From NCBI GenBank assembly GCA_903884815.1, contig CAISGE010000022.1, positions 19,031 through 83,030 of the forward strand: a stretch of 64,000 bases of DNA. Direction: 5' to 3'. The DNA comes from Candidatus Omnitrophota bacterium. Lineage in GTDB: Bacteria; Omnitrophota; Omnitrophia; Omnitrophales; Aquincolibacteriaceae. A program made the position numbers and the translations under genes. Position 1 is the stretch's first letter. Each line of letters begins with the position of its first letter. Under the pieces are notes generated by a model, which had not been told where the DNA came from, searched no databases, and saw nothing but the letters and a program-made list of their open reading frames with translations. Positions 1 to 10,200 of this stretch are shown here, piece after piece.

Positions 1-8
1 CACTGCTT

Positions 9-890
9 TTATGGGATAACTTTATTTAAAGGATATTCGATAATGCCGGACGCGCCCGCCTTCTTAAGCGCCGGGATCAACTCACGAACCACCGATTCAT
101 CAATAATGGTTTCAACATCCAACCAGTTCTTGTCCGTAAGATTCGCGATGGTCGGCTTCTTCATCGCCGGGAGCAGGTCTAGGATCTTCTGGAGATTCAC
201 CTTCTCGACATTCATCTTCAGGCCCACCTTCTCCTGAGCGCGCATGGCGCCGTCGAGAAGCATCACAAGGTTGTCCATTTTCTGCTTCTTCCAGACATCC
301 TTCACACTTTTCTTATTCGCGATGAATTTCGGAATGGAAACGATCACGGTGTCGATGATCTTAAGCTTGTTCGCCCGAAGGCTGGAACCCGTCTCGGTCG
401 CTTCCACGATCGCATCCGCAAGTTTCGGCGGCTTGGCTTCCGTGGCGCCCCAGGAAAATTCCACTTCCGCGTCCACCCGGTGCTTCTTGAGATAGCGCTT
501 CGTGACTTCCACAAGTTCCGTCACGACCTTCTTCCCCTTCAGATCCTTTACGGTCTGGAACGGAGAGGATTCATGCACGGCCAGCACCCAGCGAACAGAA
601 TTAGACGTGCGCTTGGAGTATTGAAGCTCGCAGAGCTCCACCACTTTGGAATTATTCTCCACGATCCAGTCATGCCCGGTCAGACCACAATCCACGATCC
701 CCTGCTCCACATAGCGGGACATTTCCTGAGGACGAAAGAGCACGACTTCAATCTCGGGATCATCAATGGAAGGGATATAAGAACGGGAACTGACATTGAT
801 CTTGAAGCCGGCTCTCTTGAAGAGATTATAGGTCGCTTCTTCGAGACTTCCCTTGGGTAACGCAATTTTAAGCTTATTGGCAGATGTCAT
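9..890 (-). CDS. hisG: ATP phosphoribosyltransferase, long form (HisG)
   Basis: 293 aa. N-terminus MTSANKLKIALPKGSL and overall length and pattern typical of long-form HisG with a C-terminal regulatory domain. Confidence 0.85.
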   Translation of the reverse strand: MTSANKLKIALPKGSLEEATYNLFKRAGFKINVSSRSYIPSIDDPEIEVVLFRPQEMSRYVEQGIVDCGLTGHDWIVENNSKVVELCELQYSKRTSNSVRWVLAVHESSPFQTVKDLKGKKVVTELVEVTKRYLKKHRVDAEVEFSWGATEAKPPKLADAIVEATETGSSLRANKLKIIDTVIVSIPKFIANKKSVKDVWKKQKMDNLVMLLDGAMRAQEKVGLKMNVEKVNLQKILDLLPAMKKPTIANLTDKNWLDVETIIDESVVRELIPALKKAGASGIIEYPLNKVIP

Positions 891-947
891 GAGGGGCGGA
901 TTCTATCTTTTTGCCCTCGGAGTGTCAATCCTGGAGATCAAAGTCTC

Positions 948-1412
948 TTATTCGTCCTGATTCTTCTTCGGGATCATATGGTGTTCTACTTTTAAGAACA
1001 GAATAAGAATAACCAAAACCAGGAGAGTGGCGATGACCGCGATCTTGTAGAGACCCACGCCGCAGGCCATGCCGATACCGCAAATGGTCCAGATCCCGGC
1101 CGCGGTCGTCAAACCCCGGACACTCCCCTGCTGCGAACGGATGATGGCTCCCGCGCCTAAAAATCCGATGCCCGTCACCACTTGAGCGGCAATACGTGAA
1201 GGATCGACCGTGGCGAGGCCCTTATAGATCAGAAACATCTCGGTCGAAAGCACCATCATGAGCGCCGAGCCGAGACACACCAGCGTGTAAGTTTTGAAAC
1301 CGGCGTCTTTGCCATGGATCCCCCGCTCAAGTCCTACCAGGGCCCCAAGAAAAGTCGCGGCGATCAATCGTATGGCAAGTTCAGCATCGTGAGACGAAAG
1401 AATCATATCCAT
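948..1412 (-). CDS. MgtC/SapB family membrane protein
   Basis: 154 aa polytopic membrane protein. LIAATFLGALVGLERG motif characteristic of the MgtC N-terminal domain. Confidence 0.7.
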   Translation of the reverse strand: MDMILSSHDAELAIRLIAATFLGALVGLERGIHGKDAGFKTYTLVCLGSALMMVLSTEMFLIYKGLATVDPSRIAAQVVTGIGFLGAGAIIRSQQGSVRGLTTAAGIWTICGIGMACGVGLYKIAVIATLLVLVILILFLKVEHHMIPKKNQDE

Positions 1413-1419
1413 CCTCCTT

Positions 1420-2415
1420 TTATGAGATCACTAACCCCGGATCACCGGCCATACTCAATTTCGACCGAATTCCTTTTTTATAAAGCTCGAATCCGCGGCG
1501 CGCGATCATGGCCCCGTTGTCGGTCGAAAGGACGAAAGGAGGAAGCCAAACCTTGATCCCCCTGGCCGCGGCATCCCGCGTGAGTTTCTCCCGAAGATAC
1601 GAGTTCGCGCTCACGCCACCGCCCACCGCGATATCAGATACTCCTTTAAACTCCGCCGCATCCAAAGCCTTTTCGACCACCCATCCGATCACGGCATGCT
1701 GAAAACTTGCAGCCATATCTTGGGTGGCCGGCGCTTTTGGATTCGGCTGTCCGGTCTTTGGATCCTGGATCTGATAAAGCACCGCGGTCTTGATCCCGCT
1801 GAAACTGAAATTAAAGCGCTTGTCGAGCTTGGGCCGCGTGAACCGGACCGCCTGAGAATTCCCCTGCCTCGCGAGTTTATCCAAAAGCGGACCCCCGGGA
1901 TAACTCAGTCCCATGATCTTCGCGACCTTGTCGTACGCTTCTCCTATGGCGTCATCGATCGTTTCACCGAGAATATGGATCTTTCCCTTTTCACAGAACG
2001 TGAGCATCGTGTGTCCACCGGAGACGAGAAGGCCGATATAGCGCTTGGGTTCTTCGTGTCCGATAAAATTCGCGACCAGATGCGCTTCCATATGGTGAAC
2101 GCCCACAAGCGGGATCTCCAGCTGATACGCGAGCGCCTTCGCGAACGCGACTCCGACCAAAAGCGATCCGATCAGTCCCGGCCCCTGCGTCACAGCGATC
2201 AGATCGAGATCTGAAGCCTTGATCTTCGCTTCTTCAAGGGCTTCTTCGAAAACGCACTGGATCTGCTCCATGCAATGGCGCGACGCCACTTCCGGCACCA
2301 CGCCCCCGAATTTCTTGTGACGAAAAAGACTGGAGGAAACCACATTGGAGAGGATTGTGTCCTTGCCCTTGAGGACCGAACACGACGTTTCGTCGCAGGA
2401 AGTCTCTACACCCAA
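1420..2415 (-). CDS. tsaD: tRNA N6-adenosine threonylcarbamoyltransferase TsaD (Kae1/Gcp family)
   Basis: GVETSCDETS and VGVHHMEAHL motifs. The ORF track extends to 2526, but that N-terminal 37 aa is translated through an extragenic palindromic repeat. Likely true start is the TTG giving M-GVETSCDET at 2415. Confidence 0.8.
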   Translation of the reverse strand: MGVETSCDETSCSVLKGKDTILSNVVSSSLFRHKKFGGVVPEVASRHCMEQIQCVFEEALEEAKIKASDLDLIAVTQGPGLIGSLLVGVAFAKALAYQLEIPLVGVHHMEAHLVANFIGHEEPKRYIGLLVSGGHTMLTFCEKGKIHILGETIDDAIGEAYDKVAKIMGLSYPGGPLLDKLARQGNSQAVRFTRPKLDKRFNFSFSGIKTAVLYQIQDPKTGQPNPKAPATQDMAASFQHAVIGWVVEKALDAAEFKGVSDIAVGGGVSANSYLREKLTRDAAARGIKVWLPPFVLSTDNGAMIARRGFELYKKGIRSKLSMAGDPGLVIS

Positions 2416-2425
2416 GGTGTAGAAA

Positions 2426-2508
2426 GGCGTACGGTGTACGGAGTACGGGGCAACCTTCTTTTCTTTTACGCCGTACACCTTCCGCCGTACTCCTTCCGCT
2501 GTACGCCT
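2426..2508. repeat. Imperfect palindromic extragenic element rich in GTACGG/CCGTAC units (family 3, copy 1)
   Basis: 5' arm ggcgtacggtgtacggagtacgggg. 3' arm cgccgtacaccttccgccgtactccttccgctgtacgcc, whose reverse complement contains repeated GTACGGCGGAAGG units. Lies between the gatB stop and the tsaD start. Confidence 0.6.
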
Positions 2509-3950
2509 TACTTCAACTTTTGACATAAAATCTCGTTAACCACTTTCGGATTCGCCTTGCCGCCGGTTTCTTTCATAACCATGCCGACAATGGCGCCGAG
2601 GGCCTTTTGCTTGCCGGCCTTGAATTCTGCGACTGCGGTGGGGTTCGCGGCGATGGCTTTTTCAACGGCCTTCTCGATCAGTCCGGTATCGGAAACCTGA
2701 ACAAGTCCTTTTTCTTTCACGATGCCGTCGGCCGCCTTGCCCGTCGCGGCCATTTCCTGGAGCACTTCCTTGGCGCTCTTCCCGCTGATCGTGCCCTGTT
2801 CGACAAGCCGGATCAGTCCGGCGAGAGCGTGCGGCGAGACAAGGCAGTCTTCGATCGTGTTATTTTTCGCGTTAAGCAGGGAAAGGAGTTCATTTTGTAT
2901 CCAGTTGCTCGCGAGCTTGGCGTTGGCTCCTTCGCGGATACAGGATTCAAAATATTCCGCGATCTTCTTTTCCTGCACGAGCACATAAGCGTCGTAGTCG
3001 GAAAGACCGAACTCCTGGATGAACCGCTTCGCGCGTTCGCGCGGCAGTTCCGGCAAGGTCTTCCGCAGTTCTTCCACGGCTTCGCGTGAAAGTGTGAACG
3101 GCACAAGGTCCGGCTCCGGAAAATACCGGTAGTCATGCGCCTCTTCCTTGGAGCGCATAGAAAAAGTCGTCTGCTTCACGTCATTCCAAAGCCGCGTTTC
3201 TTGAACGATCGCTTCCCCGTTCTCGCAGGCCTCGGTTTGCCTTTCAATCTCATACTGGATCGCCTTCTGCACCATTTTGAAGGAGTTAAGGTTCTTGATC
3301 TCAACCTTCGTACCGAATTTTTCCTGACCCACGGGACGGACGGACACGTTGGCGTCGCAACGCAGGCTTCCCTTTTCCATATCGCAGTCGCTGACCTCGA
3401 CATACTGGAGAATCGCCTTAAGGGCGGTTAGATAATCGTAAGCTTCCTGAGGGCTGCGAAGATCCGGCTCGGAGACGATCTCCAGGAGCGGGATGCCGCC
3501 GCGGTTATAATCCACCAGACTGCCGTCCATGATGCCTTCATGGAGAAGTTTGCCCGCGTCTTCTTCCAGATGCGCGCGCGTCACGCCGATCTTCCGCTCG
3601 ATCATCTTTCCGTCGGCAGTCTTCGTCTCGATCAGGAGTTCGCCCTTGCCGTTCACCGGCATATCAAATTGCGAGATCTGATAGGCCTTGGGCAGATCAG
3701 GATAAAAATAATTCTTCCGGTCGAATTTGAGCCGCTCCGCAACTTTACAATTCAGCGCGAGCCCCACCTTGATCCCGAGCTTGAGCGCCAACTCGTTTAA
3801 GACCGGCAGCGACCCCGGCCATCCGAGGCACACGGGACACGTGTGGCTATTCCCCTCCGCCCCGAATTCCGTGGAGCAGGAGCAGAAGAGTTTGCTCTTT
3901 GTTTTCAGCTGCACGTGGACTTCAAGTCCGATGACCGGTTCGTAGTTCAT
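2508..3950 (-). CDS. gatB: Asp-tRNA(Asn)/Glu-tRNA(Gln) amidotransferase subunit B
   Basis: 480 aa. N-terminus MNYEPVIGLEVHVQLKTKSKLFCSC is canonical GatB. Confidence 0.9.
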   Translation of the reverse strand: MNYEPVIGLEVHVQLKTKSKLFCSCSTEFGAEGNSHTCPVCLGWPGSLPVLNELALKLGIKVGLALNCKVAERLKFDRKNYFYPDLPKAYQISQFDMPVNGKGELLIETKTADGKMIERKIGVTRAHLEEDAGKLLHEGIMDGSLVDYNRGGIPLLEIVSEPDLRSPQEAYDYLTALKAILQYVEVSDCDMEKGSLRCDANVSVRPVGQEKFGTKVEIKNLNSFKMVQKAIQYEIERQTEACENGEAIVQETRLWNDVKQTTFSMRSKEEAHDYRYFPEPDLVPFTLSREAVEELRKTLPELPRERAKRFIQEFGLSDYDAYVLVQEKKIAEYFESCIREGANAKLASNWIQNELLSLLNAKNNTIEDCLVSPHALAGLIRLVEQGTISGKSAKEVLQEMAATGKAADGIVKEKGLVQVSDTGLIEKAVEKAIAANPTAVAEFKAGKQKALGAIVGMVMKETGGKANPKVVNEILCQKLK

Positions 3951-3994
3951 TTAACTCTCGGCTCTTTCTCTGGCAAACAATGCGTCTCTTTTAA

Positions 3995-4813
3995 TCACTT
4001 GAGGATCGCTTCCGCCTTGGCTTTTAAATCAACGGGGACAATCTCATCGCCAAGCTTCGGATCGAGAACGTTAACGGCAAGGATCGTTTTCGGGTCATCC
4101 CAATTGAATTTCCGGTCCTGATTCAGATCACGAATAACTTCAATGAAAAGCTTTTTTCCCTCAGGATCGTACCGCCAGGATGTCACGCTCGTGTTTGCCG
4201 GGGTCACCTGACTCAGATGGGTTCCGTCCGCATTTGAAACGTATCCGGGCAAGGCATCTTTTTCATTAAGCACACCATCCCCATTGGTGTCCACGAGAGC
4301 CATCCGGTAAAAAATAAAGGTCGGAGGGGTTTTGTCTTCCTTTTCTGAGTAACTTTTTTCCGGAAAACAGACATTCTGAATAAATCCCTTTTGCTCCAGA
4401 AGAAGCTTGGAAACTCCCGTCGTTTTATCGATAAATACGAGGTTGTAGAAGGGCCCATACATTTCGCTGAAATAGCGGGAATCGCTGTAGTCACTGTACG
4501 AACTCATTCTCGGGGAACTTGCAAAAGGCCGTGTCTCTCCCACCTTCTTCTTTTCCAGAGTTATCGGAACAATAAAGTGATCGAGCCCATTCACTGACAA
4601 CGGCAGTTCATATTGCACAATAACCTTCAGACCCGCCAGGTCCGGCTTGTTTTTCCCCGCCTCCACGGCAACGCCTTCTACGGAATGCATCTTATAGCGG
4701 AGAAAACTAACCCCGGCGCCTATCACGCCCATAAGAATCAGTCCGAGAAACAGAATCCCTGTCGCTAGCGCAACGATTTTCCAGACCAAACCGATGACCT
4801 TATTCATATTCAT
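3995..4813 (-). CDS. Hypothetical membrane-anchored periplasmic protein
   Basis: 272 aa with one N-terminal TM helix and no recognisable family. GC3-rich coding frame. Inserted between gatA and gatB. Confidence 0.5.
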   Translation of the reverse strand: MNMNKVIGLVWKIVALATGILFLGLILMGVIGAGVSFLRYKMHSVEGVAVEAGKNKPDLAGLKVIVQYELPLSVNGLDHFIVPITLEKKKVGETRPFASSPRMSSYSDYSDSRYFSEMYGPFYNLVFIDKTTGVSKLLLEQKGFIQNVCFPEKSYSEKEDKTPPTFIFYRMALVDTNGDGVLNEKDALPGYVSNADGTHLSQVTPANTSVTSWRYDPEGKKLFIEVIRDLNQDRKFNWDDPKTILAVNVLDPKLGDEIVPVDLKAKAEAILK

Positions 4814-4932
4814 ATCAGAGACTCCTTGTTTTTTCGCTTCGCCCTATCGAAACGTTATCCAGCACACGGGACGATTCATTCGCCCGCTGGCGGGGTCATT
4901 CATTTTGAGACCAGGCCACCGGCCGATGATTC

Positions 4933-5163
4933 TTAAAGCTTTTGATGCGTGCCGTCGCAGAAGGGTTTCTTCCTTGAGGCTTTGCAACCACACCAGGCGA
5001 CAGTCCCAGCCTTTTCGATCACGGTACGGACCGGCAGCATGCCCGTCTGCTTCGTATTATGGGATCCGTCGCAAAGCGGCTGATTGACGGATTCCCCGCA
5101 AGAGCACCAAAAATATTCGCCCGGTTTCATATTGATGACATACGGCATTTTCACCTTCGCCAT
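4933..5163 (-). CDS. CDGSH iron-sulfur domain protein (two CDGSH-type motifs)
   Basis: 76 aa containing CDGSH and CDGTH motifs plus additional Cys pairs (WCSCG, WCGCK). Confidence 0.75.
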   Translation of the reverse strand: MAKVKMPYVINMKPGEYFWCSCGESVNQPLCDGSHNTKQTGMLPVRTVIEKAGTVAWCGCKASRKKPFCDGTHQKL

Positions 5164-5172
5164 AAAAACCTC

Positions 5173-6600
5173 CTAAAGTGCTGGTTTCTTTTTGTAGACG
5201 CCAACTTCTTGTTCAAAAGCGTAGGCCGCGCGAAGCATCGTCGATTCGTCAAAAGGTCGGGCCATGAGCTGCATGCCGATCGGCAGACCGCCCGAGGTAA
5301 ATCCACACGGAATCGACATCGCCGGAATTCCCGCGAGGTTTGCCGGGATCGTAAAGATATCAGACAAGTACATCGCGATCGGATCCGCGGCTTTCTCACC
5401 GATCTTAAAGGCCGGCGTGGGAGATGTCGGCGAAAGGATCACATCGACTTCTTTAAACGCCTTTTCAAAATCCTGACGGATCAGCGTACGGACCTTCTGT
5501 CCCTTAAGGTAGTATGCCTCATAATAACCAGCCGAGAGAACAAATGTTCCGAGCAGGATGCGGCGCTTGGCTTCCTGGCCAAAGCCCTGGTCCCGTGTTT
5601 CAAAATACATTTCGCGAAGATCTTTGGACGGCACGCGAAGACCGTACTCCACGCCATCAAAACGGCCGAGATTGGAGCTGGCTTCCGCAACAGCGACGAT
5701 GTAATAAACCGCGACCGAGTGTTCGGTGTGCGGCAATGAGATCGTCTTGATCTCCGCGCCAAGCTTCTTGTAGATTTCGGCAGCCGCCCGTACGCTTTTC
5801 TCGACTTCCGGGTCGATCCCGGCAATGAAATATTCCTTCGGCAGGCCGATGCGGAGTCCCTTGACGTCCCTCTTGAGCGCCTGCGTAAAATCCGGAACTT
5901 TTTCGGGAGAGGACGTGGAGTCCTTGGAATCATGGCCGCAGAGGATATTCAAAAGTATCGCGGAATCTTCCACGGTCTTGGTGATCGGTCCGATCTGATC
6001 AAAGCTCGAGCCAAACGCGATAAGGCCGTAGCGCGACACACGGCCGTATGTGGGCTTCACACCGACCACGCCGCAAAGCGCCGCGGGCTGGCGAATGGAA
6101 CCGCCGGTATCGGAGCCTAATGCCGCAAGCGTCATGTCCGCCGCAACCGAGGCTGCGGAGCCGCCGCTCGAGCCGCCCGGAACGCGCGAAAGATCCCAGG
6201 GATTCTTGCAGGGCCCAAACGCGGATGTCTCGCAGGAAGATCCGAAGGCAAATTCATCCATATTGCATTGCCCGAAAAGCGTCGCTCCGGCAGTCTTGAG
6301 TTTCGTGATCACCGTCGCGTCATAAGGCGGCACATGTTTGGCGAGGATCTTGGAGGCGCAAGTCACTTCCCGACCGTCGATACAGAGGTTGTCCTTAATC
6401 GAAATCGGCACACCGGCGAGGGGTAATGTACCCATATCACACCTCGTAGGTGGGATACGGTCGTCAAACCTCAAAAAGGCATTAAGCTTGGGATTAAGCT
6501 CTGCCGCGCGCTTCGCGAAAGCGTCGAGGACCGGCTGCGCGCCGTCCTTTTTCGCGACCTCAATGGCTTCCCTGAGTGTCAGAGCACAAAAGTCGGTCAT
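5173..6600 (-). CDS. gatA: Glutamyl-tRNA(Gln) amidotransferase subunit A (amidase family)
   Basis: 475 aa. Amidase signature GGSSGGSAASVAA. Overlaps gatC by 4 nt. Confidence 0.9.
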   Translation of the reverse strand: MTDFCALTLREAIEVAKKDGAQPVLDAFAKRAAELNPKLNAFLRFDDRIPPTRCDMGTLPLAGVPISIKDNLCIDGREVTCASKILAKHVPPYDATVITKLKTAGATLFGQCNMDEFAFGSSCETSAFGPCKNPWDLSRVPGGSSGGSAASVAADMTLAALGSDTGGSIRQPAALCGVVGVKPTYGRVSRYGLIAFGSSFDQIGPITKTVEDSAILLNILCGHDSKDSTSSPEKVPDFTQALKRDVKGLRIGLPKEYFIAGIDPEVEKSVRAAAEIYKKLGAEIKTISLPHTEHSVAVYYIVAVAEASSNLGRFDGVEYGLRVPSKDLREMYFETRDQGFGQEAKRRILLGTFVLSAGYYEAYYLKGQKVRTLIRQDFEKAFKEVDVILSPTSPTPAFKIGEKAADPIAMYLSDIFTIPANLAGIPAMSIPCGFTSGGLPIGMQLMARPFDESTMLRAAYAFEQEVGVYKKKPAL

Positions 6601-6878
6601 CGCTGCACGATTTTGGGGACTTTGAAGAAACGGCCGTCGGCCTGGGGGGCATGCGCGAGGGCCTTCTCCGCGGCGTTCGAGGTCTTGGCTTCATCCTTGC
6701 GGAAGACGTTTTCCATATTGAGCACATGGCTTGTGGGCTCGACACCCGCCGTATCAAGCAGGCTCAGTTTATGGACATAGTCGAGGATGGCACCGAGATC
6801 TCTCTCGAGCTTCTGCTTTTCTTCGGGCTTTAGATTGAGCCGCGCGAGTTCCGCGACCCTTTCGATCTTGAATTCCAT
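6597..6878 (-). CDS. gatC: Asp/Glu-tRNA amidotransferase subunit C
   Basis: 93 aa. MEFKIERVAELARLNLKPEEK is GatC-like. Immediately upstream of gatA. Confidence 0.8.
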   Translation of the reverse strand: MEFKIERVAELARLNLKPEEKQKLERDLGAILDYVHKLSLLDTAGVEPTSHVLNMENVFRKDEAKTSNAAEKALAHAPQADGRFFKVPKIVQR

Positions 6879-6977
6879 GAGATTTCTCCTAAGTAGGACG
6901 ACATTCTGCCCGAAGGTGGAGGGAGTGTCAATGCAGGGGACGGTCCCCCGGAAGAGAACCGCCCCCAGATCATCAAA

Positions 6978-7184
6978 CTATTTCGTCGAACAGCAGGACC
7001 CGGACACGCCGAATTTCTTCAGGATCTTCTCGGCAAGGCAAAAGCCGGTGAGCGAGGACTGGATCAAGTTGACGCCGACAAAGGCGGTCCAGATCAGCCA
7101 CCACTTGCTAACAAGCACCGCAAGCAAAACGCTGATCAGAATGAAACTCCCTGCGATAATGCGTATCATTTTTTCCATGGACAT
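6978..7184 (-). CDS. DUF2892 (YgaP-like) small inner-membrane protein
   Basis: 68 aa, two TM segments. Pattern WWLIW...GVNLIQSSLTGFC typical of DUF2892. Confidence 0.55.
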   Translation of the reverse strand: MSMEKMIRIIAGSFILISVLLAVLVSKWWLIWTAFVGVNLIQSSLTGFCLAEKILKKFGVSGSCCSTK

Positions 7185-7200
7185 GCAAAACCTCCCTTTC

Positions 7201-7250
7201 GTACGGAGTACGGCGACAAGCTATTTGCTGCTCGCCGTACGCCTTACGCC
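7201..7250. repeat. GTACGG-type palindromic extragenic element (family 3, copy 2)
   Basis: gtacggagtacggcg ... cgccgtacgccttacgcc inverted arms. Overlaps the last codons of the RND gene. Same unit as the 2426-2508 element. Confidence 0.5.
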
Positions 7251-10200
7251 TTACTATTTTTCTTAGCCATCATGTAATAAAAAACAGGCACTGCCGTCCG
7301 GGACAGGAGCGTCGAAGCGATCTCTCCCGCCATCAGGGCCACTGCCAAACCCTGAAAGATCGGATCAAACAAAATCACGGAAGCGCCCACGACCACCGCC
7401 GCGGCCGTGAGTAACATCGGCCGGAAGCGTTCGATCCCCGCCTCGATCACCGCTTCTTCAAGGGGCATCCCCTCGGCGCGGCGAAGCTCGATGAAATCCA
7501 CAAGAATAATGGAATTCCGGACCACGATCCCCGCTCCCGCGATCATCCCGATCATCGAAGTTGCCGTAAAGAACACGCCGCCCAGCCAATGCGCCGGCAA
7601 GATCCCCACCAGCGTGAGCGGGATCGGCAGCATGATGATGAGAGGCGTCTTGAAGGACTGGAACCATCCGACCACCAGCGCGTAGATCAAGATCATCACG
7701 AACGCGAACGCGATCCCGAGATCGCGGAACACCTCATACGTGATCTGCCATTCCCCGTCCCACTTGACCGCCCACCGGTCCGTCGAGGCGGGCTGGCCGC
7801 TAAAGACCTGGTCGATCTTTTTCTGATCCCCGGCACCCGTAGGCAACGGTAATTTTGAAACAGCGTCCTTGATCTGCAAAATGGCGTAAGCGGGACTTTC
7901 GAATTTTCCGGCCACGTCCGCGATCACATAGGAGACCCGCATTAAATTCTTATGATAGATCGCGAGGTCTTTTGTTCCGTCTTTCACATCCACCAGCTCA
8001 CGGATGGAAATGGGATTCCCGAAGCGCGACAAAAGCGTCAGGTTCAGCGTTGCCTCCAGAGTGGCGCGTTTGGCCTGCGGAAGACGCAAAAGGATCTCGA
8101 CCGGTTCGTTCTCCTCAGAAAGATGCGCGAGATCCACGGTCCGGCCACCTACCGCCGCCGCAAGGACCTCCGCGATCTGGGTAACGGGGATACCGTTAAG
8201 GGATGCCTTCTGCGTATTCACCCTAAGACGCAGGAGTTTTTCAGGTGCCTGAACGTAGGTGTCAATATCCGTAATGCCCGCCGACTCTGAAAGCAGTTTC
8301 TCGATGCTTCCCGCCAGCTCATTTTGCCCCTCGAGCGTGGGGCCGTAGATCTCCATCACCAGCGTCGATAAAACCGGCGGACCTGGCGGAACCTCCGCAA
8401 CCTGGACATGACCTCCGTATTTTGCCACGATCGCGTGAACCTTCGGCCGAACGGCCTTCGCGATGTCGTGGCTCTGGCGCTTGCGCTGATGTTTTCCCGC
8501 GAGATTAACCTGCAGATCCGCCTGGTTCGGCTTCGACCGCAGGAAATAATGCCGCACGAGCCCGTTAAAATTGTAAGGGGCCGCGGTACCGACATACATT
8601 TCGATATCCTTGACCTCGGGCTCCTTGACAAGTTCCTGCGCGATCTCGGAGATCACCTGCTGTGTTTTCGCAGCGGGAGTACCCTCGGGCATATTGAGCA
8701 CAACCTGGAATTCATTTTTATTATCAAACGGCAGCATCTTCATGCGCACCAACTTGAGCGGCACAAGCATGATGACGGCAACAAGCAAGATACCGAGCGC
8801 CCACAGGAAAATGCGGCGCACTTTCGCGTCGTGGATCAGCGGGTTCATATAGGAACGATAGAGTCGCGTGAGGAAATCTTCCTTTTCGCCGACTTGATGC
8901 GCCTTGAGCTTCCCCTGAGCGAACGCCTTCCCGAGGATCTGATAGGCCGCCCACGGCGTCGCGACAAAAGCCACGAACATGGAAAAGAACATCGCCGCGC
9001 TCGCGCCGATCGGGATCGGACGCATGTAAGGCCCCATGAGACCGCTCACGAAGGCCATCGGCAAGATCGCCGCGATCACGGTCAGTGTCGCAAGAATCAA
9101 GGGACTGCGGACTTCATTTACCGCCTCAATCGTGACATCGAGGATGTTCTTGGCCTTGTTCTGCGGCATGCGCAGATGCCGGACGATATTTTCCACATCC
9201 ACGATCGGGTCATCGACCAAGATGCCGATGGAAAAGATCAGCGCGAAAAGCGTGATGCGATTGAGCGTGAAACCGAGGAAATAGAAAGTCGCAAGGGTCA
9301 GCGCCAGCGTCATCGGGATCGCGATCGCCACGACCCCCGCCTCGCGGCGGCCAAGCGACCACGCGATCAAGAGGCTCACGCCAAATACCGCGATCGCCAT
9401 GTGAAATAGCAGTTCATTGGATTTTTCCTGCGCCGATTCCCCGTAATCGCGTGTCACGGTCATGGTGACATCTTTCGGGAAAGAGGCCTCCGGAACTTCT
9501 TTCAGCGTATGCCGTATTACCTCCGAAAGATGCGCGGCATTCGCACCCTTGCGTTTGGAAATAGCCAATGTCACGGCTTCAAAAACACCCGACTTCGCGT
9601 TCTTCTCTGCGGGACCAAAGAGAATGTGCGTCGAACGCTCTTCCTCGTCCGGTCCATCCACCACATTCGCCACGTCCTTGAGCGTCACCGTGCTTCCGCC
9701 GCTCACCCCCACAACCAGATTTTCAAGATCCGTCTTGGTGCGGAAAAAGGCATCGGACTCGACCTGCGTGAGTTCGGGTACGCTCTCGAGATGCCCGGAG
9801 CTTTGTTTGACATTGGCCGCGCGGATGAGCTGGCCGATCTCGAGCGGGCTCAAAAGCCGGGCTTTCAATTTTTCTTCATCGAAAAAGACCTGGAACTGGC
9901 GCTTGCGGCCGCCGGTGATATGCGTCTCGGAAACATCGGGAATGGCGTTGACGATCCTCTGGAGATTCGCCACGGTCCTGCGAAGCGCCACAGGGTCCTG
10001 CTTTTCACTGTGAAAGGTAAGCGCCATGATCGGGACATCATCGATCGAGCGGACCTTGATCAGCGGCTGGGTCCCGTCCGGAGGCATAAAATCGAGATTG
10101 GAATAGACCTTGGTGTAAAGCTTGATCAGACTCTTTTCGACGTTCTCGCCGACTTTGAAGCGAATAATAAAAAGCGCGCCTTCCGCCTCGGTCGTGGAGT

